Of a DNA stretch of 64,000 nucleotides, positions 50,519-62,667 are shown in pieces. Every line of letters begins with the position of its first letter. Position 1 is the first letter of the stretch. The translations under genes and the position numbers were made by a program. The DNA is from Ramazzottius varieornatus (Eukaryota; Animalia; Tardigrada). Below the pieces are notes generated by a model. It worked only from the letters and a program-made list of their open reading frames with translations, did no database searches and was not told where the DNA came from. Location: positions 550,973-614,972 of the forward strand of contig BDGG01000012.1 in the NCBI GenBank assembly GCA_001949185.1. Direction: 5' to 3'.

Positions 50519-53449
50519 TCAGTAGCGTCGAAAAGGAGGACTCGGTATGCTCCAGTCGGAGCTTGACGAAAGCGACCTGGTGCGGTCGCCCTTCCACGAC
50601 TCTGAATCCTTTGCGCTGCTCAGCTCTTCCCACAGTTGTTCCCCCGGCTCATTCTCCACAATATCCGTGCCGCATTTCATTTGCTGTTCCTCGAAGCTCT
50701 TGAGGATCACCTCTCTTGCAGGCCCACAATGGCCTTCGACCCCATCCTTCTTCCCTCCTCCATCCTCAGGTATCTTCTCGGCACCAGCTTTCGTCTTGTC
50801 GATGGCTTCTCGTAATTTCGCATTACTGTCTTTCATGGCACTGAACCTCGGTTCCAAAACCTTATTCAAAGCCTGTTGCTGACTGACCTGGTCTTGTAAC
50901 AACTTCAACTTGGCTTCCTGCTTCAGTAACACATTCCAGACATTCTCGTCTATCTTTCGAATCTCTTTCTGTTGCATGAAACCAATGATAATCTGCTGGA
51001 AGATGTTCTGCCTTCGACTGACATGGAAGCGTATTTCATCGTGTGCGTCTGCGACGAGCCTAATCTGTTTAGTGCCGGTGTTCTTCATGGCTTCTAGAGT
51101 TTCTTCCAGCAAGTCCAACCGTTTCGTTGGATCGCGTCTGAGCTTCATCATTTCGGGACTCTGGTACGCGAGGTACTTGAAAGCTTCTCTTACGTCCATT
51201 TCATATTCTGGTTGAGGGTGATCGTCTTCAAAGACGTACAGACTGACCTCCTCTGTGAGGTAGGTGAGGTCTTCGTGAACCATGGCCAAGTCGGCTTGCT
51301 TCTTGACCGCTTCGCGCTTTGCTCGGTCGAAGTTGCGCATGGCTTCGTTGAAGATACGAACTGCGGTGTGAAAGTCGCGGTCGACCAGGTGCTCTTCTTG
51401 GCGAACTGCTTCGAGGTTCTCGTTGATGTGCAGGTGAGTCAGTTGGCTTTCGCGCAGCAAGGCGGCTCGTTGGTCGCACAGAGCGTTGAGAGCTTCGGAC
51501 ACCATAGTTATGTGACTGGGAACCTCCTCTTCGCCCTCATCCTGCCCCTTCTTCTTTTCTCTACAACGAACGTCGTTGTTCATCGTAACAAGCTTTATAG
51601 AAAAAGAAGAGTATCGAGAAGGCGAAATGGCGCGTTCGCAAACAAATTCGACAAGGTCGTTCTTCCAAGTGGCGCACACTTCCAGTAAATAACACTGAGA
51701 ACGTGCGCCACCCGCAAAAGCAATTGTCGGCGTTGTTATTCAAGTGGCGCACTGGTCTGGTACAATTGGCTGACAGCGTGCGTCACTTATTAATCTGGTC
51801 GAGCCTGTTCGCATAGTCTCGAATACCTTTTCGGGCGAAGTTTCACAAGCTGTTTGTATCGATTCTCGGCTTCGGCTGCCTTGAGGTCGTAGTCTCTGAT
51901 CTGAAAGTACCCATCCTGCATTTTCCGCTTCAGATCGTCCAGTACATCTTCCACCTTGTCGTTCTCTTCGTCCAGGGACTTTAACTCGACGCGGTAGCCC
52001 TCGGTCTGCTTGGCCATGTACTGCAGCATCTCGTCGCCCGCTTCCAAGTCCCACAACCTCAAGAACTCGTCATCGAAGTTATCAATGTCAACATATTCCA
52101 GCTTGAGGTTGTCCCATATCGCCACGTTCTTGGCATGCAAGACTTCGCTGGTCTCATCTTGTCTCTCTATCCTAGCGTGGTCAGTCCGCGTGGTCTTCAG
52201 GTCGCGGTAGTTGATGAGCATAGGGTCGACACCGAGAAGGGACAGGAAATCAGTGACGCCAGCCTCGTCATCGTCGTCTTCGTCGCTGGAAGACTCTTCG
52301 GGCTCTGGTTCGGCTTTCGGCTGTTGAAGAGGAACCACAGGGACCGGTGTGGATTCATGTTCAGGCTCAAGGTCTTGCCCCGTTTCGTCGACAGGCGTCG
52401 GTTCAGGTACGGAATCGGGTTCGCTACGTGATGAAGGGACTGGAAGGGCAGGTATCACGAACTTGCTCTATAGCCACAGTCAAAACTGATTTGGAGTTTT
52501 TCTTCCACTGATGGGAAAAGTTTGAATAATCTCAGTTCTTAGAAGGGTCGATAGTCCGTTTAAGAAGAAATATTCGCGAAGGTACGAAATGGAATACTGT
52601 TGTTTGCAACATTACTGTCTAGCTTGACCAACCTGTTTGCTTTGTCGACCGAAAAAGGTAGATACTCGTTGGGAAAAGCTTCGTTTCGGTTGGGAAGGTG
52701 GCATTGATACTGTTGGCTTGGGTGCCGGGGGACTTGGTACTTGAATGACAGGAACATTTGCGATCGGAGAGATCTTCGCCACCAGCTCATTCGCTTTCTT
52801 CTCCGCATCTGCAACCGCTTTTTTCGGGTCTGTCGAAGTCCTGCTTTCTCCACCTCCGCCTATGAAAACCAACAAAAACAAAATCGTGTTTCACATCTAA
52901 TACGTTGATCTCTGCCTCTTCTTCAGTGGCATAACGCTATCGAACAGACCTTGTGGTGGTGGTACTATTGAAAGAGACGCGGCGGGAGTGGTAGGCGGAA
53001 GTATTGGTCCAACAGCTGGCTGCGCCTCTGGAAAATCCGAGTTCCAGGGTTAGCAGGACACTACAACAGAGGTCGTAGGGACCAAGGCCGATAAGTCAGA
53101 ACATCATCAAGGTGTAGCAATAACAAACCTGGCAAACTGCCCCTTGCCAAGCTTATCTCTTCGCTCCTTCTTCTCAGCCGATCAACCTTCGATTGCCGTC
53201 GGAACCGCTTGCCACTTCCTTCTTCTTGCTCTGCAGGATAAAGACCTCTCAAGTTGGGTTTACAATAGCACATTTCGCTGAGATCATACCAGAATAGGGT
53301 GGTACGGGTTTGGTTTGCATGGTTCCACTAGGGCTTGTAATGGCCAGCTGTCCATATCGCACAGCTTTGTCGTCTGCCACTGAACTTCCGAGTGCAGATT
53401 TTCTTCCCGTCCCGGACACTTTCCGGCTGGGCCGCTGTTTTGGCGCCAT
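50519..53449 (-). CDS. Orphan multi-exon protein with a Pro-rich/acidic N-terminus and a long coiled-coil C-terminus
   Basis: ORFs 53249-53449, 53061-53273, 52612-52881, 51790-52458 and 50519-51679 join in frame through GT-AG introns, for example PK-AG|gtattc...ttgtag|A-GAA giving PKREKKKG. Confidence 0.65.
51652..51789. repeat. 77-bp palindrome family doublet (coiled-coil gene intron)
   Basis: Cores start at 51666 and 51741, with spacers in opposite orientation. Confidence 0.85.
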
Positions 53450-54419
53450 GTTAGCAGTTCGTCAGCTATGAGGATAACAAAAAGCATATTGTGATCGATG
53501 TGCGCAGATATCAAAGAAGAGATATGTGGTTTAGTCATCCCAAGTACCCACCAAACTGCATGCACTGCGCACCATGCGCATGTCCTGTGTGCATTTATTG
53601 CCTGGAGATCCGTGTCATTCGAACTCAAAGCTTTGAGATGAACTTTGAGAACTTTCATATATAACTTTCGTGTTTTTCGTCAGCTGCAAAAGTTCATTTG
53701 CAAATCCACATCTTCAGATAACGTCCGTACGAACTAACGTTACCCGTACACTCGTATTCTGAATTCCGAATAACTAAACCGACCATTGAACAATAAAACA
53801 GTTGCAATTCTGTGTCGAGACCCCTCTTGAGTCTGACGAGGAAAAAAATGCGTCATGGTAGTTTGATAGTCTGAAGGCTCTGCAGTGACTGGAAGGAAAA
53901 ACTTTAGATGCGTAATGTCGTTCTGAGGAGATAATCAAGGCATTTTTGATAAATTTTTTCACCTCGCTGCTGTCGAAATGTAGGAGTACTAGGGGAACCC
54001 ACCTGCAAGAAATATTCCGATTAAATTTTGAAACTGAAAATATTCAGGCTTTTCTGTTGCGAGTTGGGTCTGAAACGATATGGAAGAAAGAGAATGAATA
54101 GTAAGCTGCACTACAGCGAAGTGAAGTGAGCGCAAGAACTGCGTACCGGGTTCGCGATGATCATGTACTGAATTAATCTATATGACGGCCGCAGTGACGT
54201 CAGTACAATAATAACCGCTTTCCGCAGTGATGTCATCAGTGTTCATTTGTATGGTCTCATCGGGAATATCTGGGGTACGTGGCAAAATTCGAAGTTCGAA
54301 CACTGCATTTCATCTCTCTTGATTTCTGGACAAGAGAGGGATGTGTACGTATCGCGCAGAGAAAAGACAAACCGTCGTGAGATTCGATTTGGATTTCAGA
54401 ATCACCTGCGTTTGTACCG

Positions 54420-54980
54420 ATGATCATCAAGCTTCGAAAATGCCATGCCGATGAGATGTGGAGGGTACTCTTTGGACTTTTAGTGTTTGCAGGGGTTATT
54501 GTCTGTGTGGTCTATTTCTCTCCTTTGATTCTGTGGAGTACGCTCTTGCACATGCTTGACGTTATCATTGGCAAAAGCGGCACTATGATCATCGTAGCAT
54601 GTTGCGCAATGATTGCGCTCAGTTTCCTGATCGCTGTGGCTGCCAGTTGGCCCTTTCAACGAGCTCTTCGGGAAGAACGTTCCGATATTCCAAACGATAA
54701 GCTCAGGAGGATCATCTCAACTCCTGACGTTGAAACCCAAAGGAAATGGTCCGCCTTGCAAATGGAAGAGCAACCACCAGAAGAAGCAAGTCACGCGACT
54801 ACTGCGATACACGAAGCCGAACCCGGAAGTGACTTGGAACCAGAAACTGCCAAGCAGTATTCGGTGGAGTGCCGTAGACTAGTTCGAGCGATGGTAAGGG
54901 ACCAACTGGACGGAGACATCACGGATGGCGAAACGAGTGACGAAGAAGAAGCCATTTTCGTCGCAGCAAGTGCGCAGTGA
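54420..54980 (+). CDS. Orphan intronless membrane protein (2-3 N-terminal hydrophobic segments, acidic tail)
   Basis: 186-aa ORF with hydrophobic stretches VLFGLLVFAGVIVCVVYFSPLILW and MIIVACCAMIALSFLIAVAASW. Confidence 0.55.
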   Translation: MIIKLRKCHADEMWRVLFGLLVFAGVIVCVVYFSPLILWSTLLHMLDVIIGKSGTMIIVACCAMIALSFLIAVAASWPFQRALREERSDIPNDKLRRIISTPDVETQRKWSALQMEEQPPEEASHATTAIHEAEPGSDLEPETAKQYSVECRRLVRAMVRDQLDGDITDGETSDEEEAIFVAASAQ

Positions 54981-56082
54981 ACATCAGATCGTTCTTACTG
55001 CAAGACGTGCTTTGAAAACGATATCGTTAAGGCCAGCTTTACGGTACTCGGCGCGCACCGTATTGTAAAAGGCAACGAAGCGTCTCAGAAGCGGAATGCT
55101 TACGAGCGGAAGTTGTTCTTGGTCAAAAACCAAGACGCACGTACGAGCTCTAAACCTCAAGTGTTCATCGTAACGATGGAGGATTTTCCAAATATTTCCT
55201 GCTTTATATGAATAGAGCGGTTTATAGTCTGTTTTTGAGAGAAGCCTGGAAAGCGGATGCCATCTGAAAGTTTGATCTTACTACTGCAAACCCTTTGGGT
55301 GGAATGAGCTAGGACGTAACTGAGTATTCTCCGGTGAAGTCGCTTGATCGGTAAAGCCCAGTCCACCCGACCTGTGGGCCTCGATCGAAGCTATGACTTT
55401 ACTGTGTGATCTCGATACGTAAGCAGGCCAGAGAACTTCAGGCGAGCTACGTGTTTGAGCGTACCTGAAACGTAACCGGGGCGCGGAACCACTTTTGGCT
55501 GAGACGGAATTTTCTTGGGTGGAGACTTTCTCTTACGGCTTTTCCTTCTCTTGTGCCACTTCTTGCCACCGCTTTCGCATTTAGCGTAAGCAGAAATGCA
55601 AAGTAATTTGTGATGTCGGACTCTGCTGTTGCACGATACTGGGAAAAACAAAGCTGGGTAAAGAAAACACTATGCTTTATAGTACATAACGAGGTACATC
55701 GATAACAGATTAAACTTACCTGTGCATATGAAGTAGACAGTCAGTGTCGTCGTGGTGGCACAAAATCTTCGAGAATCCGCGCCCATAATAAAGCCATTAA
55801 GCTAAGCCTTTGTCAGGAAGCCGGTACACTGATAAAACGTGTGAATATATATTGAGTATATCAAAATGCTTATTGAAGACCTCATGCTTACTTCTCGAGA
55901 CGCTGCATGGCATTAGCTTGTCCTGTCACCTGTTTAGACAGACCAATATGCAGCTCAACAGGTAGTTGTGTTGGCAGTCCGCGACCTCGCTATAAAAGAC
56001 AAAGGTTGAGAAACGATTTGTTTTGGCAAAACTTCGGATCGATTACGGCAGCGGAAGCCAATCTAACAACCTTATCCTTTAT

Positions 56083-59000
56083 ATGCACCCACCAAAGGAC
56101 CCACTGTCCAGACGAAAGTCCGGTCCGAAGAGAAGCATCCCAAACTCCTCCGGGGAGACTAGTACTCAGGCTTACCCGACATTCACCATGGATTCCAAGC
56201 CAACGGACGCGGAACAAGTTCCGACGAGAAGGAAGATGAAGAACCCCTTCAAGATCCACAAGGATGACGACTATATGTGCAATATTCTGGGATGGAAACC
56301 TCACTGGCTGCAAATCTGCAACAACATGAAGGTAAGACCCTGGTGCGCAGGTCTGTTGTTTTGTTTTGCTCAATAGTTGCAAAGGAAAGCGTCACACCTT
56401 TGGAAGGTCCTGCAAGAGTTGGTCTCACGGTTCGTGCCCTTGGTGGCTTGGTCGCGATGCCTTTCCCATTTCCCATCTTGATACTGAGTCATTTGAGTGT
56501 GACGTTATCTTCGGATCCGCTATATGGCCAGGGTTGAACAAAGGTCCACATTCCAGATCTGCAAAGAACAAAGGACGGTGTTAGAATTAGCGAAACCAAT
56601 CCCATCACGCAACCAACCAGCGAGCTTATTGAGCGATCAAGCGCCATAAGACATAAGAGCGAATCGTTTTCTACTGTTCGAGTGGAAATCATCGAACCCT
56701 TCTTCGTTATGAACTTTCCGGCCGGGGTGGTCCAACAGCATTGGTGGTCAGGTAGTGTGGTACTTCAGTGGTCTTTCCGTCTCCTTTCAAGATCATGCGC
56801 ACGTGGCGAAGAAATGCGAAGCAAAAATCTTCTTGGATGAGCATCGGCGTCCGATCACAACAGTTAACAGCATAATCCCACGAATAAGTTACCATTGCAG
56901 AAGAGCTGTGTATCAAATCGTCGTTCACTCGGATTTCAGAAGAAATCTCGAGCCATCACAGGGATACTGAGAAACTGCGAGACTGCAGTTCCTGCACTCC
57001 TGCTTGCCTTACGTCAATTTCCCATGTGAAATTTTAGCTTCGAGTTGATTGCCAGATCTTTGATTGAAGCATGACGGGAACCACAGTCAGCCTGCCACAA
57101 CAAGAGCTCTCGTCGGTCTCGTGAATCGTGATAGTTCTCTTATTGTTCTCAAGATTTTGAGGTCCGTGAAGGGATCCAAGGAGTAAACAGACAGTTTTTG
57201 CTGAAGAGGTTTTATCTGGTCAGTTCTGGTACACATTCAAGCACGTCGTGTCTACTTGCTGTAAGGAAGGATGGAGGTTAAGAAGTTAGAACGGGAGCCG
57301 CTTGCATCGCGATCGGAGTGTGTCCGCAGTTTTATACCTCGGAACAGCAGAGGAGGGGCCAACCGGAAGTCGATGCACCTGCCCGTTTTCGGAAAGTTGA
57401 GTAGGTATCATCGCGCGTTAGTTGTGGCTCGGAGGCAGCAGCAGAAAGTTTAGATCAGACTACATGGAACTACAGTATTTGAAGCTTTGTGCTTCGCAGT
57501 GGCGACGACTGGCGACGAGAGTTCCAGCTGGGGAACTCCAAGAATATGACATTATATATGGCAAAACTTTAATAGCATGGTGAATGATTTAACTGGATGA
57601 CACCTTGTTCTTTGCAGGTGTTCATGTTTTGCTACGTCTGTGTCGGCATCTTCCGCGGTAAGTCATCTGTTTCCCGCGCCTTCTGGACGTCTCCATCGCC
57701 TGTATTAGGTTTTGTCTTTTAGGGATGTATCATTCGTACTTCTCCAGTATGTTGCCTTCCATCGAAAAAAGGTATATACGATTAGAGAAGCGCTATCGTT
57801 ACTTCCGCATTCCTTACAGCCCCCTCTAATGTATTCTTTCTGTCGGCAGATTTGGCTTCACTTCCACTTCGGTCGGTACGATCAAAAGCATGAGCGACGT
57901 GAGGTAAGTGTCATAAGACGAGGATACTACGCAGTAACGTTTCATCCGGGTTCTTCGACGTTATTCGTTCTAGTCATCTGATTGCCGCGCTCTTCGTTGG
58001 TCACTACGGAGGAGTGGGCCATCGACCAAGGTAAGACTTTCTACTACGGGAACTCCGGTATGTGGTAATGGGTTTACAGCTGCGAATCTTTCCAGATGGA
58101 TGGCTGTCGGGAGTTTGCTAGTTGGTCTAGGTCTGCTGTTGATGGCCTCTCCCGAACTCTTCTTCCCTGCCGAAGGTTCTGCCAGCATGACGGCTATGAT
58201 GTACGCGAGTGCTGATTCAAACGAGAATCTCTGCAACGCTAAACGGAACACGACCTCTGCTAACACAGACGCTGACAGCGAGAACTGCGCGAAGACGAAT
58301 AATGACCACATAAACCCCATGATCGTACTGGGCGCCGCCGAGTTCATAATCGGCCTCGGTTCGACCGCTTCCATGATTTTGGGCTTGGTATGTTGTCGTT
58401 TCTCAACTGCTGAAACTAGTGCAGAGAGGTGTTTTAACGGGTGTGTATGCTGCTTTTTTGGTTTATAGCCCTTCGTGGATGACAACGTGAAGACAAAGAA
58501 CTCGCCGTTGTATTTCGGTAAGCTTGCTCACAAAACGTCACAAAGCAAATGTAGTTTCTTCACATACTTTTTCTCTCTAGCTATGTCGTTCTCCGGCTTC
58601 ATTTTCGGACCGCTGATTGGCATATCGGTGGCGGCCTACTTCAACACAGTCTACTTTAACTTCTCAAGTACGTATGACATGGGAATATGGCGAGCTCAAT
58701 TGGAAGACGCGGATAACGACGATCCAATCTTGCGTCATGTTTACAGAGCCGGACTTTAGACCGACCGATCCTCGTTGGATTTCAGGTGAGGTTACCGTTC
58801 ATCTACCGTTAATCGGCCACAAGGTATCAATAAGTTTTATAAACTCTTCTAACCTTTCTTTCTTTGGTTTTTAGCGTGGTACATGGGTTTCATCATCTCC
58901 GGGCTTGGCGTTTGTTTCTTCAGTTTCACATTATCGGTTTGTCCGTAAGGTTGACAAAGGCTGACTGGCCATCCGATTTTAGTTCGACGTGTTTATAGTG

Positions 59001-61475
59001 CTTTCCCGCAAGAATGAAGATGAGATCCAAGAAAGATAAGGTAATGACGGTGGAGAGCGTCAGCAAGCCGGTGGAAGACGATACTGCAGTCAGCAAGGAG
59101 GAGGAAGCCAGCAGAGCCTTCCCGCCACCGCCCATGGTCCGCTCCAACTCGGTGAAGCCGGTTCCGAAGCGGGTTGAACTAAAAGGTACTTTCATAGTCT
59201 CTTTTCTAACTTTGCGAGGGGATGCTGAGTACATGTATCTCGGCTTAATTTGCAGATCTGCCGAAGAACATCAAGAGACTGTTGAGGAACCGAGCATACC
59301 TCATCAAGCTCTGCGCTCAACTACTCGGTTCTTTCGTTCTGGCCGGTAAGTCGCGAACTTGTATATACCTCACCTGATTTTCAAACTTGGTTAGATTGTA
59401 TACTGACGGCAAGGCTTGATGTTTCAGGTTACATGTCGTTTGCTCAGAAGTTTCTGAAGGAACAGTACCAACTACCGCAGTCTGTTACGAATACGGCTGG
59501 AGGTAAGGATGAACATGTTCACGTCTTTCTTCCTCTACTTAAATCCCTCGTTGCTTCTAGGGATACCGCCCATCTTTCTGGGTTTTCTCGGCATCTTGCT
59601 GGGAAGTTTTCTAATTCGCCGATTCAAGTTCAGTCCAAAACAAGTTTGCTACATGATGGCGGCTTCCTCTCTGATTGGATCAATCTGCTACTTCAGCGTC
59701 ATCGGTATGGGCTGCGAAAAGGAAGACGTCCTCGGCATCGACGATGTCGCGAACCCATACAACACGTAGTTTATTTCGTTCCTCATCTTGAGACGTAGCT
59801 CCTTCTACTATACTTCGTGAAAGCGATTAAGGGAAATGTTTGACGGTATGTGTAGAACCGGAGACCAAACGTGCCACGTCCAGCGAGACTGCAACTGCGT
59901 CGACTTTTCCTTCGCACCCATATGCAACACTGTTACCAAGAAGAGTTACCTGTCCGCTTGCTACGCTGGCTGTAAAACTGCTAGACGAAATCCTCACGTA
60001 AGTACTGTATTACCTCTAAGGTTTCGCGCAGTCACGTGACAAGCCAGTAGATATTGCGTGGCGGGGATAAAAAACTTCGCTGCCATCAATAAAAAATTCT
60101 TGCCCAATCAAGCCCAGCAATGTGGCACAATCAAGCAATCAGTGACATGAGGCCCCGGGTGTAATCCACTGATCTGTCACGTGACTGCGCGAAACGTTAG
60201 AGGTAATACAGTAACCTGCTTGATTATTGGATCGTGCGATACACCAGTCTGACTTATCTTGACTTCGTTTCTCATTATTTGAATACAGGCGAGGGAGAAA
60301 GAGTATATGGGCTGTTCTTGTGCATGGAACGGATTCTCCAGGAACTCCAGCCATTTTATGGCAAACCACACAAACTTGGCCCACAGTCATCTGAACGATA
60401 CTCGTCCACCAAGAGTAGTATCAGGCTTGTGTAAGAAGGACTGTCTGGGCTCCTTCATCAAGTACGTCGTGGCCATCTCCATAGCCAAGTTCTGTATGGG
60501 CTTTCCGCTCTCCGGCATTCTGATGCTGCAGTTCAGGTACGGCTACATCCATACTCAATTCAGTTTTCATACCTAAAACAGATCTTTAGCTTTTTTATGT
60601 TACCAGGATTGTCGATGTCGACCTGAAGAGCTTGGCCAATGCCGTCACCACCGTTGTTACATCGACGCTCGGTTTGCTACCGGCACCGATACTTGTGGGC
60701 AAGCTGATCGACTCTACATGCCGGCTTTGGGCGCAGAACCCTTGTGGCACTCAGGGTGCTTGCTGGCTGTATAACGCCGACAACTTCCGGTGGAAGTACG
60801 ACCGTCTTAGCTCTCGTTTCTTTGGACGGAAGTCACATTGGTTTTCGTTTTACGCAGATTGCACGCCTCCGTTGGAGTTGTCCGGATTGTCACGATGATC
60901 CTGGAATTACTTGTAAGCATCGATTTCGTGTTTGCAGTGGCTCTGATCAAAATTTATTTCCTGATTCAATCTGTGGCTTCTTTTCCAGCTGGCCTATCAA
61001 GTCCGCAATATCACCTTCGACCGAGAAGGTGACGCTAAAAGAGCGGCTGGCGGGCCTCCCCAAAGCGAAAGTTCCGCCAGCGTGTCGGTCGCCACGTCTA
61101 GTATCAGCCTTACAATGGCTGATAACTCGTCGGATTCGGGGATATCGGACGAACAGGAACAAGATCAGGAACAAGACCCAGCTACAGCCATACATGATGC
61201 GCACCAAAAGGTAGGCGTATGTGTATGGGCCGTCAGACGAATTGAGTCACCAAAGTCATTTCCGCAAGTGGCGCATAGTCCCAGCCAAAAAAATGAGACC
61301 GTGCACCACTCCAGACAACAATGTGGGTGGAATCATTCGCCGACGTCTCAAACTCCCAACTATGGGAAAAAAGTCCCAGAGAAACCGCCACCTATCGTGA
61401 AGTGAAGCTATCTCACAACTTTTGTTCGTGTTTCAGAGCATGCTGGTCTCACCATCTGGAGAGATGCCGACATAG
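56083..61475 (+). CDS. SLCO: Organic anion transporting polypeptide (OATP/SLCO), multi-exon, copy 1
   Basis: N-terminal CNILGWKPHWLQ, PSIEKRFGFTS, PFVDDNVKTKNSPLY, DPRWISAWYMGF, Kazal-like CQRDCNC...FAPICN...YLSACYAGC and GKLIDSTCRLW...CGTQGACWLY. Confidence 0.93.
60005..60211. mobile_element. 207-bp TA-flanked MITE with 37-bp TIRs in an SLCO intron
   Basis: TA|CTGTATTACCTCTAAGGTTTCGCGCAGTCACGTGACA...TGTCACGTGACTGCGCGAAACGTTAGAGGTAATACAG|TA, one mismatch between the TIRs. Confidence 0.88.
61251..61325. repeat. 77-bp palindrome family copy (last SLCO intron)
   Basis: caagtggcgcat-24nt(ccagccaa)-gtgcaccactcc. Confidence 0.8.
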
Positions 61476-62667
61476 GTCTCAGTTTGAGAAGTTCAGAATC
61501 AGGTTACCAGAAGACGGGTTATTTTTAAAAGAGTTAGTGTACTGTAGTGATTACGTTATAGTTGGAGCTCAAAGTGTCTCGGTGTTTCGGATGTAGCGCG
61601 TATCGCGCATATTGTTGTCTCTTACCAGGCATTTTGAGTTCTAGTCTCTATGCTGTATAGGTGACAGTATACAGTAGTATAGCCAAGATACAGTATCCCT
61701 CTCGACCAGTATATGAAAGGGTTGTGAAGCGTACAGAAAATAACATTCCCCTTCGTTCGGCGAACAGCGACAGTGTGTAGGGGAAATACTAGGCTCGCCG
61801 TACTGAGTAAGCTTCTGACAGCTCCAGTTGTCATACAGATGATGTCGGACCTATCGAACAAACACGACTTACTCTGCGACGTTTCTTCGTTTCGGCAAGT
61901 GAGTTTCAGTGGCACAATCCAAGTGAGATTGTTCGTAGTATCGCCCTAGTCGATGAACGACACAAATTAGAGGCGCGTCATGCTGCAATCTAGAGGTCGA
62001 CGATAATTATTTGATTGGAAGACGTTTTTTTTGTACAGTATCCCAGTTATATACTAAACAAACAACGTTTAGTCGACGACGGAAAACAGTTTAGGCAGAA
62101 AAGTACAAATGATTGGCAACTTCCTTGCGCTTCAGCAGAAACGTACGTATTTGTCGCCTCGTTATGTCCATATCGGTTGCGGGTCCATTTATCACCCGAA
62201 GCAACCTTGCATGAATTAATTACACATGTAAATACCATGAATAAAATCACCGCTATTAGTCGCAGATTTGATAGGTGCATAAAAACGATCTTTTCATGAA
62301 CTTGTCAATGGAAAGTCCGCATCAAGCTGCACACATGACGAAAGAAGACAATTCGGCCAGTGAGACATGAATTCTTTGCTCAAGGTTCTGCCGATTAAAC
62401 CTTGTAATATTCCGGGCGATGTATGTTCGTCTGTCTCTCTTGTTCACCTGTGAAAAACAACTGCAGTAAATAAAAGGCCATCATGCGATTACGGAACTTG
62501 GTCGGTGAGAACCTCGTGAATATATTGTTTACATGACTTTCAGCGCGACACCTTTCCGTTTTTGGACGGGCAAATTTACATTCTTTGACGTCAATCAAGT
62601 GTTTTAGGCTGGGCCAAGAATGCAACCTTTCCTGCTTTAAGAGCTGAAACTAATTTGTGCAATTAAG

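Noticed and set aside
51561-51679. ORF N-terminus MCATWKNDLVEF and similar peptides in other ORFs (25666, 12501, 40748)
   Set aside because: These are chance translations of the 77-bp palindrome inside introns, not a shared protein domain.
56023-56376. Stand-alone 117-aa ORF
   Set aside because: It is exon 1 of the SLCO gene, spliced at MK|gtaaga to 57618.
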